47,176 nucleotides of DNA. Source: Candidatus Daviesbacteria bacterium RIFCSPHIGHO2_01_FULL_40_11 (GTDB lineage Bacteria; Patescibacteriota; Microgenomatia; Daviesbacterales; UBA10151). The stretch covers positions 1,124-48,299 of the forward strand of contig MFCP01000004.1 in assembly GCA_001776635.1 (NCBI GenBank), written 5' to 3'. Position numbers and translations under genes: made by a program. Shown here piece by piece: positions 8,777-17,415 of the stretch; position 1 is the stretch's first letter, and the number at the start of each line of letters is the position of its first letter. A model generated the notes under the pieces. The model had not been told where the DNA came from and did not search any database. It saw only the letters and a program-made list of their open reading frames with translations.

Positions 8777-9318
8777 AGACGTTTAATTATGAAACTAATT
8801 CTGTAGAATCCATCTTTACCTCTGTTAAGACTCTCCAATGAAACTCGAATATTATTTCCCTCATTATTCTCTTTCACAGTGAAACCGCTCACCAGATTAT
8901 CTAGAGTGGCGGCATCAGGCACCATAGCCAGCAATACTGCTTCGTCTGATTTGTTAATAGTAATTGTATTTACTACAACAGATGGAGGTATTAATTTCTC
9001 AATCAACTTATATGTTGACGATTGCTGTGACGATACTTCCAAATATTTGTCAATTACCGTTAGTCTATTTTTTAAAAGGAACAAAGAGGCTTGAGTGCTT
9101 TTTAGATCCGAAACCCTCTGTTCTGTTTGAGTTAGCTTTGCTTGAACCTCTGTAATATTGCGACTTTGTAGGATTCTGAGAGCCACAGTTAAAGAAGCTA
9201 AAAAGATCATAGTTAAAATAATTGCTATCCCGACAAATTGAATTTTGTAAAATTTCGTCTTTTTTAACTCTTTGTTTATAATCTCAGGTGGAAGTAAATT
9301 GATCGAAATTTTAGCCAT
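8773..9318 (-). CDS. pilN: type IV pilus assembly protein PilN-like
   Basis: 181 aa. Starts with the PilN-type N-terminus INLLPPEI, then one TM segment and a periplasmic-type domain. It directly follows pilM. Confidence 0.65.
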   Translation of the reverse strand: MAKISINLLPPEIINKELKKTKFYKIQFVGIAIILTMIFLASLTVALRILQSRNITEVQAKLTQTEQRVSDLKSTQASLFLLKNRLTVIDKYLEVSSQQSSTYKLIEKLIPPSVVVNTITINKSDEAVLLAMVPDAATLDNLVSGFTVKENNEGNNIRVSLESLNRGKDGFYRISFIIKRL

Positions 9319-9321
9319 AAT

Positions 9322-10359
9322 TTAGTCCTCCCTTAAAGCCAATCCTACTGCAACGGAATATGAAGGAGCATCTTGTGTGAGTTTTGAAATTTCGCTCTTT
9401 TCTCTAACAATAGAATACCAAGGATCAGCTTCTTGAACCTCCAGTCCTAAAACATTCGCTAGATAGATCACGAGTCCTGGCATCTTTGCTCCGCCACCCG
9501 AAACAACAACTCTCTTTATGGAATCTGCCGGATATTTTGTCCCAAAGGATTGAATAATTCTTTTGCCCTCACCCGCTATAATATCTACTACCGACTTTAA
9601 AGCCTCGAATACCTTTCCTTCTAGCTGATCCTCCATTAACCCATAAATCCTTTTGTACTGCTCTGCTTGGTTAATTTCAAAATTAAAATGTTGCGCTAAG
9701 GATCTGGTGAGAGCCATACCGCCGGTTGAGATCGAACGGGTAAGCCATATTAATCCTTTAGACACAGTCGCGAAATCTGTAGTTGTGGCACCAAGTTGCA
9801 TAATCAGAGTACTAGGAGAAAAAGGGTTATTACCAACCAAAGATCTTGTAACAGCTATTATCTCTGTTTCTAAAACTCTTGGGCGAAGTCCCACCAGATC
9901 TAATACCTTTACATATTTTGCAACTACGTTCTTCGGAGAGGCAATCACCAACACCACTGTTTTGGTATTCTTCCCTTGACTCCCAGATCTTACCAAAACT
10001 TGCCAATTTAAATTAACGTCGCTTAAGGACATCGGGATAAATTCTTCTGCGGCATAATGGATTGTAGAAGAAAGTTCATTATCATTAAGGTATGGTAAAT
10101 CATCAATAACTCTGGTAAAAACCTTTGATTCAGGCAGTGCCACAACTACTTCTTTTTGGTCAATCTTTGCTGCTTGCAAAAGCTGCTTTATGGCATTTGC
10201 CAAAGCCTCTAGGTCAGAATCATTATCAGATATTATCCCGGGTTGCGGAGAGGCAATTGTGCCTAATGATATAAGTTTAAATTGCTCTTTGTCTTTCAAC
10301 AGCGATACTACTTTAATAGAAGAAAAACCTATATCTAAACCAACAGTAACTTTTGCCAT
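9322..10359 (-). CDS. pilM: type IV pilus assembly ATPase-fold protein PilM
   Basis: 345 aa with an actin/FtsA-like fold. Starts VGLDIGFSSIKVV; later TTDFATV and VVSGGGAKMPGL. Confidence 0.85.
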   Translation of the reverse strand: MAKVTVGLDIGFSSIKVVSLLKDKEQFKLISLGTIASPQPGIISDNDSDLEALANAIKQLLQAAKIDQKEVVVALPESKVFTRVIDDLPYLNDNELSSTIHYAAEEFIPMSLSDVNLNWQVLVRSGSQGKNTKTVVLVIASPKNVVAKYVKVLDLVGLRPRVLETEIIAVTRSLVGNNPFSPSTLIMQLGATTTDFATVSKGLIWLTRSISTGGMALTRSLAQHFNFEINQAEQYKRIYGLMEDQLEGKVFEALKSVVDIIAGEGKRIIQSFGTKYPADSIKRVVVSGGGAKMPGLVIYLANVLGLEVQEADPWYSIVREKSEISKLTQDAPSYSVAVGLALRED

Positions 10360-10369
10360 ATGAGCAGGG

Positions 10370-10397
10370 GCTAGTCACTAGGGTCTAGAAGACTAGC
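10370..10397 (-). promoter_or_regulatory. hairpin in the intergenic region upstream of pilM
   Basis: gctagtc (10370-10376) pairs with gactagc (10391-10397). An inner ctag/ctag 4-bp stem has the loop ggt. There is no U-tract, so this is not a classical terminator. Confidence 0.35.
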
Positions 10398-10419
10398 ACT
10401 AAAATCATTTTAGAACAAA

Positions 10420-10446
10420 CTATACCCTAAACGCTATACCCTAAAC
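10420..10446. repeat. 13-nt tandem direct repeat just after the stop of the giant pilus protein gene
   Basis: ctataccctaaac occurs at 10420-10432 and again at 10434-10446, separated by one base. Confidence 0.8.
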
Positions 10447-10447
10447 C

Positions 10448-12241
10448 CTACTTTACCTGGTATGTTCCTCTCACCAGAGAATAAGTACCAGATGGACCCG
10501 ATGAAAACAGCGTGCTGGATAAACCAGTTTCATAGTTTATAGTACTGTTATTTATTAACTTGATGCCCCAAGCCGTCAGCTCCTTGTAAGTATTATTATT
10601 GCCGGGTTCAACAATCCCTTTTGAAGCATAATAGACCCCGTTGTTGCCGGTATTATTAATCACTATGGCAGATATACCGCCATTAGCCATGGAATCATAA
10701 GTCGAAAGTACCATCAGTAAGCTGCTGCCTAACCCGGTCCCTTGCAATCTGTTGTTTGAACCGAGTGTGACAGTACCATCCACGACTACTACGCCGGAGG
10801 TAGTACCGTAAATAGGATCCAGCTCGAGAATATTATTACTGTTTAGAATGAGATTGCCGGTTATCCATATAGGGCTTTTAATAACCACACTACAATTACT
10901 GTTAAAAGTTACGTTGCCCACAATCTTTATCGGACCCAAAGTTGAAACACAACTGGTAATATCACCTACTGTGGTTGTTTCTGGTTTATCAACCTGATTT
11001 TTCCAATCCGCCACATTGGCATCCGAGATGGGGAAAACTTTGGGTGGAGGATCGGCAGAGCCCGGTTGGGAGACCCCCCCCACAGTAGAGTTGGAGATGG
11101 TTTGATAATAAGCATCTTGGCCAATAGCAAGGCTACTGATAGTATTGGCATGGACACTGCCACCGACTACAAAATTATTGCCTCCTGTGATTGAAGTGAT
11201 ACCTCCACCCATGATCGTCTTAAAGCTTAAGTCGCCGTTTACAGAGTTCCAAGTCGGATTACCAGTATTCCAATTAGGAGACCAGGCCGGGCTTCCTCTA
11301 GTATAGGTTTGGGCCAAATCATTTTGCCAAACCCAGAAGTTTCCTGAATCAGCAGACGTATCAACCAAAATCCAGTAGGTGGTATTTTCGATTATGTTTG
11401 GTAAAGTATTGAAGGTGATATCAACAAAGCCAAAACCGGGCGGATTTGCCGTCACCAGGCTACTATAGAGTATTCCTGTAGCCAGAACACTATTTTTGGC
11501 CGGTTTTCCATTATCATCTGCCGTGATACGGACAGTAATGTCCGGCGGGTTGCCTACTTTGTATAATTTTAAAGAGACCTTATTCAAAGACCCGGTAGAA
11601 GTAGGCTGAAAACTTTGGGCCACGTCCAGTTGCGAGTTGCCGTTTACTACTTTGCCAAAAATAAAATCCTGGCAATTGCTGTCTGTACAATCTGTTTCTT
11701 GATCTGGCGAACCTGCCGGCCCGCCGGCCACCCAGACATCACCGGTAATATTATTCTCATTACCGCCCGAGATACTGCCGTTAGAATAGACTGACCCGGT
11801 GATAACATTACTATTGCCCAACTCCAAACCGCCCTCTCCCACTTGGATTCCGTAAACAAAAGAGGTTCCGATCCCTCTTGAGGCGGTAATTTTGACTACT
11901 CTTTTTACCTTTGGGTTGGACTTGTTGGGAATATAACCGGTGGATTGGATCAGTTTATCTCCGGCATCTTGTGAGGTAATTGTGACAGAGTAAGATCCGT
12001 TCCCAAAACTAGTCTCTGCTTCGCCGTTGTAACTACCACCGGTTTTGTTCAAAGAAGCTAGCGCCTTATCAACTCCGGCTTCAGCAATAGCTGTCGCTTT
12101 CTCGGCATCTGCGGAATATGAAGCATTCTGAAAGTAGATTTGCGCCCCACCAATAATAAATAGTACGGTAAAAAGTGCCACACCCAGGGCAATAAAAACC
12201 AGGATCAGAATTTGTCCACCTTCTTTAGTCTTTATTCTCAT
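10448..12241 (-). CDS. large PilX_N-type pseudopilin-like protein, candidate pilus tip/cap protein
   Basis: Start set at the ATG at 12241, just after the stop of the upstream gene. The N-terminus MRIKTKEGGQILILVFIALGV has no Glu5 and is followed by AIAEAGVDKAL (PilX_N-like). It carries short Gly/Asn-rich repeats (GNSNVITGSVYSNGSISGGNENNITGDVWVAGG, and a later IVGNVTFNSNCSVVIKSPIWITGNLILNSNN), possibly beta-solenoid. Confidence 0.5.
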   Translation of the reverse strand: MRIKTKEGGQILILVFIALGVALFTVLFIIGGAQIYFQNASYSADAEKATAIAEAGVDKALASLNKTGGSYNGEAETSFGNGSYSVTITSQDAGDKLIQSTGYIPNKSNPKVKRVVKITASRGIGTSFVYGIQVGEGGLELGNSNVITGSVYSNGSISGGNENNITGDVWVAGGPAGSPDQETDCTDSNCQDFIFGKVVNGNSQLDVAQSFQPTSTGSLNKVSLKLYKVGNPPDITVRITADDNGKPAKNSVLATGILYSSLVTANPPGFGFVDITFNTLPNIIENTTYWILVDTSADSGNFWVWQNDLAQTYTRGSPAWSPNWNTGNPTWNSVNGDLSFKTIMGGGITSITGGNNFVVGGSVHANTISSLAIGQDAYYQTISNSTVGGVSQPGSADPPPKVFPISDANVADWKNQVDKPETTTVGDITSCVSTLGPIKIVGNVTFNSNCSVVIKSPIWITGNLILNSNNILELDPIYGTTSGVVVVDGTVTLGSNNRLQGTGLGSSLLMVLSTYDSMANGGISAIVINNTGNNGVYYASKGIVEPGNNNTYKELTAWGIKLINNSTINYETGLSSTLFSSGPSGTYSLVRGTYQVK

Positions 12242-12242
12242 G

Positions 12243-12815
12243 TTAGTTGTTCCTAAGGTTTGCCTCTGATGTGCTGATTTGTGTTTCATAATTGACACCT
12301 ATTTTCTGTTTTAGGGTTAGAGTGATTCTAACCTTGGTTGCATCTTCTGGCGCAACTTCAGAAGGGGGAGCAGCGGAATTAAAATACTTGAAAATTAAAT
12401 CGTCTAAAGATGTAGAGAAAATTTGATCTTTAGTTTGCCGAGAACTTCCAGGATCTGGAAAGATTTTAAAACGGAGTAAATTTTGGTCCTTTAAGAAAAC
12501 GAAATAATCAAAGGTATTACTGATAATATTGCCTGAAGAATCTATCGATGAAACCTTCAAAACAAGTTGATTGGTACCCGTGGTATAAGTAGATCCGCCA
12601 GAGGTATACTGAGTAGCCACCGCGCTTGCTTGCTTTAAACTACTTCGGACTTGCGACAATGCATCGTTAATATTTAAACCCTGTTGTACCTTTGAAGATT
12701 GATTCGTAAATAGTCCGGCACTATTTACCATAATCACAACTAACAAAACTCCAACCACCATTGCTATCCCCATGGCCACCAGAACTTCTATTAAAGTCAA
12801 TCCTTTTACCCTCAT
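12243..12815 (-). CDS. minor pilin (PilW/GspJ-like) with prepilin-type N-terminus
   Basis: N-terminus MRVKG|LTLIEVLVAMGIAMVV (class III signal, Glu5). At 190 aa, its size and position resemble a GspJ-type subunit. Confidence 0.6.
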   Translation of the reverse strand: MRVKGLTLIEVLVAMGIAMVVGVLLVVIMVNSAGLFTNQSSKVQQGLNINDALSQVRSSLKQASAVATQYTSGGSTYTTGTNQLVLKVSSIDSSGNIISNTFDYFVFLKDQNLLRFKIFPDPGSSRQTKDQIFSTSLDDLIFKYFNSAAPPSEVAPEDATKVRITLTLKQKIGVNYETQISTSEANLRNN

Positions 12816-13207
12816 TGATTAATCCCTCCCTCTCCAATCATGGTTTTTAAGGTAATCGTTTGAAGCTTATTATTGTTTTGCCAATTAACAGTCACCATAA
12901 CTTGCTTAATATTTTCTCCCTGGGTACAAATAGACGGATCGCAATCGGTAACTTCCACTGTTCCGCTACCCTCTGGCAGTAAACTTAAACGTGTGTCAGA
13001 GATCGGGGAACTGTCATTTACGAGATTGCTATAATTTATTGTCCTTTTATCCTCAATTTGCTTTACAGCTATTTCTCTTGCCAAGGAGACGTGTCTACTC
13101 TTAGCAATCAGCATCATGGCATTGGGAAGACCGGCAATTAAAAACACCACTGAACCTATTATTACAACGATCAATAAGGATTCAATGAGAGAAACACCCT
13201 TTTCCAT
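12812..13207 (-). CDS. minor pilin (PilV/GspI-like) with prepilin-type N-terminus
   Basis: N-terminus MEKG|VSLIESLLIVVIIGSVVF. 131 aa, small GspI-like size. Confidence 0.6.
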   Translation of the reverse strand: MEKGVSLIESLLIVVIIGSVVFLIAGLPNAMMLIAKSRHVSLAREIAVKQIEDKRTINYSNLVNDSSPISDTRLSLLPEGSGTVEVTDCDPSICTQGENIKQVMVTVNWQNNNKLQTITLKTMIGEGGINQ

Positions 13208-14071
13208 TTATTTATTAATTTCATTTTCAGAAAAGATGGCATAATCAAGATATGAGGGGACTACCTTATAAACCCTTTGTACCTTAATCATTCTCTGGGT
13301 ATTGCCAGAAGTACCGGTAGAATAAAAAGTACTAGATTGAACGGGTAAAGAACCCGAGGTAGGCCTGACCGCAATAGACTGGTTATCGCTGTTATACAGC
13401 AGCCTGGCGCGGAGCAACATTAGGTTGTTTTGAAGCGGACCATTATTGCTGCAGGTCCCTGACCTGGTCTGACAAGTGCCATCCCCTAATCGTTTATAGC
13501 ACTGGTACCGATTGCCACCGGGCGGTCCCTGCGGTCCCGAACAACTGGTGCTAATATCAAAATTGTTATCCGGATTCCTGTTAGCCGAGATATTATCAAG
13601 ATACCATTTTCTGGTTTTGTACTCATTACTCTCGTAGTAAACCAGTGTCAGCTCCAAGGCTGCTCTATTTGTAGCGCCGGGACTGCCCCAGTACACATCC
13701 AATGTTGTGCCGCTATAAACTTGTGCCGGTGGGTTGGTCGGAGAATTCAGGTCTGCCAGCCAGACCTGGGCCACTTCTTCCTTGTACAAAGACTCCAGTT
13801 CCAAAGCTTTCCCGGGTTGAGGTTTATCAATTTTGATCACCTCTGAAATCTCAGCACTGTTTCCCAAATCAAACTGCCCAACGCTACTATTAATACTTAA
13901 AGCCTTCTCTATCCCTGCCTCTGCAGCAGAAAAAGCCCGGCTTGACTCTTCCACTTCGGTAGATGTCGAAACATCCACTAGAGAACGTTGAACTACCGAT
14001 ATACCAATCGCTAAAGCCACAGTCATTACCAAAATTAATATTAAAATAATCTGACCTTGTTGGTTTCTCAT
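13208..14071 (-). CDS. PilX_N-type pseudopilin-like protein
   Basis: N-terminus MRNQQGQIILILILVMTVALAIG has no Glu5 and is followed by FSAAEAGIEKAL (PilX_N-like). The C-terminal half is Cys-rich. Confidence 0.5.
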   Translation of the reverse strand: MRNQQGQIILILILVMTVALAIGISVVQRSLVDVSTSTEVEESSRAFSAAEAGIEKALSINSSVGQFDLGNSAEISEVIKIDKPQPGKALELESLYKEEVAQVWLADLNSPTNPPAQVYSGTTLDVYWGSPGATNRAALELTLVYYESNEYKTRKWYLDNISANRNPDNNFDISTSCSGPQGPPGGNRYQCYKRLGDGTCQTRSGTCSNNGPLQNNLMLLRARLLYNSDNQSIAVRPTSGSLPVQSSTFYSTGTSGNTQRMIKVQRVYKVVPSYLDYAIFSENEINK

Positions 14072-14092
14072 ATAATTATTATAATCTAATTC

Positions 14093-14701
14093 TTATCTCA
14101 GCTGTACTGTCGTCTGAAAAACTACCGGATCTATCTGACTTGTACTCACCGGTGGCAGTCCAACCGCGGCACCCAGTTCAAAATTTACTGTCACGGCTGC
14201 TTTATAACCTGGAGGTTGACTAACGCTGAAAGAACCACTACTCACGGAAACTCCTAATTGGGTATTGGTATCAGTTGAAACTTGTGCTGCAGACATCAGA
14301 TTAGTCGGATTACATAGCTGGGGTGTAACTTCTGTTGCTTGGAGTGTTAGATTTTCCCAAATAATACAACCATTTTTGCCTGTGCCTATGCAAGATGAAG
14401 GCGCGCTGCCAGTGCTGTCAGTTGGAAGAACAATCCTGTAGCGGGTGTAGATGCCGTTTTGTATAATCACCAGAGTGTTACTCGAACCGGAAGTCGGACA
14501 GACTACATTATCTGCGCCCCTAATAGTTTTATCCATATTTTCCAAAACAGCCTGTCCGTTTTGCTTGATAATCGCAAGTATTTGCGATTTATTGCTGCCC
14601 CGCAGGGTATTGGTGAAAATCGCGACCATTATGGTTCCTATAATGGCAGTTATGCCAATCACCACCAGAATCTCAACTAAAGTAAAGCCTCTATTCATCA
14701 T
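14093..14701 (-). CDS. type IV pilin-like protein (minor pilin candidate, FimU/GspH-like position)
   Basis: N-terminus MMNRG|FTLVEILVVIGITAIIG. Confidence 0.7.
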   Translation of the reverse strand: MMNRGFTLVEILVVIGITAIIGTIMVAIFTNTLRGSNKSQILAIIKQNGQAVLENMDKTIRGADNVVCPTSGSSNTLVIIQNGIYTRYRIVLPTDSTGSAPSSCIGTGKNGCIIWENLTLQATEVTPQLCNPTNLMSAAQVSTDTNTQLGVSVSSGSFSVSQPPGYKAAVTVNFELGAAVGLPPVSTSQIDPVVFQTTVQLR

Positions 14702-14705
14702 AGCT

Positions 14706-15287
14706 TCATAGCTTCCTCAGTATAGTAATCAACCTGGATTCATGAGAACCTGCAAAATCAGTCCAAGTAACAATAACTGTCACCTTTTTTTGAGTAGTGT
14801 AGTCTGCTGCAGTATCAGATAAGATAACCACCCGTCTAAAGTTGGGCGGTATCTGTTCGGCAAGTGTAGGAATAGATGATCCATTTCCCAAATTATTAAG
14901 CACCCCTATATTTGTAACGTCTCCTTTACTTATAACGTTAAAATAGCAGTTAGGATTAAGCTGGTTACTACAAGTACTATCTATTTGGTAACACCAGATA
15001 GAATCAGATTTCGCATCGGACCCAGAACAAGTACTGCTACTGCTACCATCCCATGACGTAGGATCTCCTCCAAGCCCGGTAATAGCCCGATTCCTGTCTC
15101 TCCCTGTCCTAACGCTTTCTACTCCTTCTTGAGCCAATTTTGTAGCTTGGGCCGAAGTCTTAGCAAAATTAGCATTCCTGAGAGAAAAAATGGTGGTAAA
15201 AGTCAAAGCCGAAACTACAAAGATCCCTACAACACTAGCTACAATTACCTCTACTAAACTTTGTCCGCTCTCTAATTTATTGCGCAT
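14706..15287 (-). CDS. type IV pilin-like protein
   Basis: N-terminus MRNKLESG|QSLVEVIVASVVG. Start set at the ATG at 15287, which is preceded by AAGGAGGGAG about 8 nt upstream. The track start at 15311 is less well supported. Confidence 0.6.
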   Translation of the reverse strand: MRNKLESGQSLVEVIVASVVGIFVVSALTFTTIFSLRNANFAKTSAQATKLAQEGVESVRTGRDRNRAITGLGGDPTSWDGSSSSTCSGSDAKSDSIWCYQIDSTCSNQLNPNCYFNVISKGDVTNIGVLNNLGNGSSIPTLAEQIPPNFRRVVILSDTAADYTTQKKVTVIVTWTDFAGSHESRLITILRKL

Positions 15288-15780
15288 AAATTCTCCCTCC
15301 TTGCTCAACAATTACTTGCTTTGTGTTACTTGTTTTGGAATTTAGCAGCGTAATGATTATCGAACTTGAACCGCAAGATGATACCATTGTGCCATAAAGT
15401 GGTGCGAAAGTAACTGTGGTACCAAAAGGACAATTAGAAATTCCTGTGGTAATACCACTAATAGAAATATCTGCCGGAAGCGATAATTTTTTTAAGGAGC
15501 TCGTTATACCGGATGAATTTTGGCATTCCAAATCCAGCTCTGTGGCATTTGTGAATACCACAATCCAACCAAGAGTATCCTGGCTCTGACATTTTAAACC
15601 TGAAGTCGAATTAGATTGGGCTAAGCGCAAAAAGCTTTGTACGTCAAGGGCAGCATTTTTAAAGTTCTGGTCTTCTCCAAAAGATTTATAATTTGCCAGT
15701 GTAAAGACTCCTACAATAGCCATAACGGCCATAACTACCAGCAGCTCAACAAGAGTAAAACCATGGGCAGATTTCAGCAT
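15277..15780 (-). CDS. type IV pilin-like protein
   Basis: N-terminus MLKSAHG|FTLVELLVVMAVMAIVG. Start set at the ATG at 15780; the longer track ORF would run through the upstream intergenic promoter-like repeats. Confidence 0.7.
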   Translation of the reverse strand: MLKSAHGFTLVELLVVMAVMAIVGVFTLANYKSFGEDQNFKNAALDVQSFLRLAQSNSTSGLKCQSQDTLGWIVVFTNATELDLECQNSSGITSSLKKLSLPADISISGITTGISNCPFGTTVTFAPLYGTMVSSCGSSSIIITLLNSKTSNTKQVIVEQGGRIYAQ

Positions 15781-15788
15781 CTTGTTTC

Positions 15789-15820
15789 CATTGTACATTG
15801 TAAATTCTACATTGTACATT
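15789..15820. repeat. 11-nt direct repeat with 21-nt period in the pilin intergenic region
   Basis: cattgtacatt occurs at 15789-15799 and 15810-15820, and each copy contains the palindrome tgtaca. On the coding strand this creates three TACAAT boxes. Confidence 0.75.
15790..15818 (-). promoter_or_regulatory. candidate promoter for the pilin gene starting at 15780
   Basis: On the minus strand, TGTACA-17 nt-TACAAT, with the -10 box ending 9 nt before the ATG. Confidence 0.35.
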
Positions 15821-15823
15821 CCC

Positions 15824-16273
15824 TTATGGTGGAGTAAACTCGAGATTATAAGTAGAAACAGAGCCACAGCTATAAGAACCATTAGGCTGACTTTCTAACT
15901 TGGCATAGAGTTTATAACTGGTGCATTTATTTGTAGAAGAATTATCACAGGGATTATTTGGCAACGCTAGATAACAATAGTTAGGCGAAGATTGGGGGTC
16001 GCTGGGAATAGTATTAAGATAAGTTCTTCCACCGGCAGATAGCGCCCCACCGTTAAATGTAATTGCCGACGGGTAATCGAATTGGTCTGCAAAGTATTGC
16101 TCCAAGGCTGATTGGATGGACCGCAAGTCCGATTGCCTTTTTGAATCTCGTCCCTGTTTTAAAACACTAGAATAAATAACCAGTCCGATTAGGGAAAGTA
16201 CGGCAATAATACTAATTGTTATAAGAAGCTCTATTAAAGTAAAACCACTGCGGCAACGGGACATCAGTTTCAT
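15824..16273 (-). CDS. type IV pilin (PulG/PilA-like)
   Basis: N-terminus MKLMSRCRSG|FTLIELLITISIIAVLSLIG, followed by a GRDSKRQSDL helix, as in T2SS-G/T4 pilins. Confidence 0.75.
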   Translation of the reverse strand: MKLMSRCRSGFTLIELLITISIIAVLSLIGLVIYSSVLKQGRDSKRQSDLRSIQSALEQYFADQFDYPSAITFNGGALSAGGRTYLNTIPSDPQSSPNYCYLALPNNPCDNSSTNKCTSYKLYAKLESQPNGSYSCGSVSTYNLEFTPP

Positions 16274-16279
16274 TATGCA

Positions 16280-16744
16280 TTATTGCTGGCTAGAGACACA
16301 ATAGATATTATCAGGGTTAGTACCAATTTCCAGTAATGCACAAACCTGGAAATTTGTTGGACTATTATCGGGTTGCCCGCTAGAAATTGCGTAAAAGGTA
16401 TCCGGGCACTGCGTATTATCCCAGACAGTAGGCTTTGGAATAGTGTTATTTGTTGCAAGAATACAATATTGAGGCGTACGATCAGAAGAATCAGTTGGCA
16501 CTACACCACCTGCAAATTGAGTCTTAGCTAATGGTTGATAAGCAGTTGCTCCCTTATTAACCTCCAACACCCTTGAAATAGCATCAATATCACCTCTCCT
16601 TTTACTATCACGGGCTTTGGATTGAACACTATTATACATTCCAACAGCCACCAGAGATAAAATCCCAATGATAGTAATTACTATCATCAGTTCAATCAGG
16701 GTAAAACCACGGGGATCTTTAAAAGTGGGCAGGAATTTTTTCAT
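16280..16744 (-). CDS. type IV pilin (paralog of the 16868-17395 pilin)
   Basis: N-terminus MKKFLPTFKDPRG|FTLIELMIVITIIGILS and a C-terminal Cys pair (VCALLE...YCV). Start set at the ATG at 16744, because the track start lies inside a TTGACA/AATAAT promoter. Confidence 0.75.
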   Translation of the reverse strand: MKKFLPTFKDPRGFTLIELMIVITIIGILSLVAVGMYNSVQSKARDSKRRGDIDAISRVLEVNKGATAYQPLAKTQFAGGVVPTDSSDRTPQYCILATNNTIPKPTVWDNTQCPDTFYAISSGQPDNSPTNFQVCALLEIGTNPDNIYCVSSQQ

Positions 16745-16765
16745 TAAATTTTGTTTACTGTTTTT

Positions 16766-16795
16766 ATTATTTGCATACCTTAAACGAACTGTCAA
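16766..16795 (-). promoter_or_regulatory. sigma-70-like promoter for the pilin gene starting at 16744
   Basis: On the minus strand, TTGACA-18 nt-AATAAT. The block tatgcaaataataa is shared with the 17416-17445 promoter. Confidence 0.55.
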
Positions 16796-16867
16796 TGAGT
16801 CACAGCAAATTGCTCTATGGTTATGTAAAATAAATATCTAAAGAGTTAGATTAAAATTCAGAGAGGA

Positions 16868-17395
16868 TTATTGTATAAGGTTGCTCTTGCAGAATACTGT
16901 GTTACTTCTCTCAAGTGTTGCACAAACTTTCCAGCCTCTAATACTAGCGCTATCTGTTATATCATTACCTGCACCAAGCACACCGTTAATAGTTGTCCCA
17001 GTAATAGATGCCCAGCCACCAATAGGACAAGCGGGTCCAGTCCAAGGAGTAGGATTGCCAGTAGGGCCAGAAAATGCGCTAGAGGATGTACTTCCTATCT
17101 GACAATACACCTTACTACTGACTGGATCAGATAGACCGGGGACAGGATAATCTGTATTAAATCGTGCCTGTGGATAATAATAGTATCCTGTCTGGGGATC
17201 CCTAGTTGATTCAATATTCTTGGCTAAGGCATCAATTTCAGCCACTCTTCTGGCATCTCTGGCAGAACCTTGAGCTCCAGAGAAAATACCCAGCACAACA
17301 ACTGCCAAAATTCCAATAATGGCTATTACTATCATTAGCTCAATCAGGGTAAAACCGGAAGTACTTTTAGAAGAATTGGGCAGGAATTTTTGCAT
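16868..17395 (-). CDS. type IV pilin (paralog of the 16280-16744 pilin)
   Basis: N-terminus MQKFLPNSSKSTSG|FTLIELMIVIAIIGILA and a C-terminal Cys pair (VCATLE...FCK). Confidence 0.75.
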   Translation of the reverse strand: MQKFLPNSSKSTSGFTLIELMIVIAIIGILAVVVLGIFSGAQGSARDARRVAEIDALAKNIESTRDPQTGYYYYPQARFNTDYPVPGLSDPVSSKVYCQIGSTSSSAFSGPTGNPTPWTGPACPIGGWASITGTTINGVLGAGNDITDSASIRGWKVCATLERSNTVFCKSNLIQ

Positions 17396-17415
17396 AGATT
17401 TTTATTAACTGACTT

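Noticed and set aside
10420-10447. TTTAGGG-type (plant-telomere-like) repeats on the minus strand (GTTTAGGGTATAG twice).
   Set aside because: There are only two copies, the location is internal, and they are embedded in a 13-nt unit. I treat them as an ordinary intergenic direct repeat, not as telomeric or terminal sequence.
16796-16867. A possible terminator between the two paralogous pilin genes (agcaaattgct).
   Set aside because: The inverted repeat is 3-5 bp with a minimal loop and no U-tract, so it is not distinguishable from chance in AT-rich sequence.
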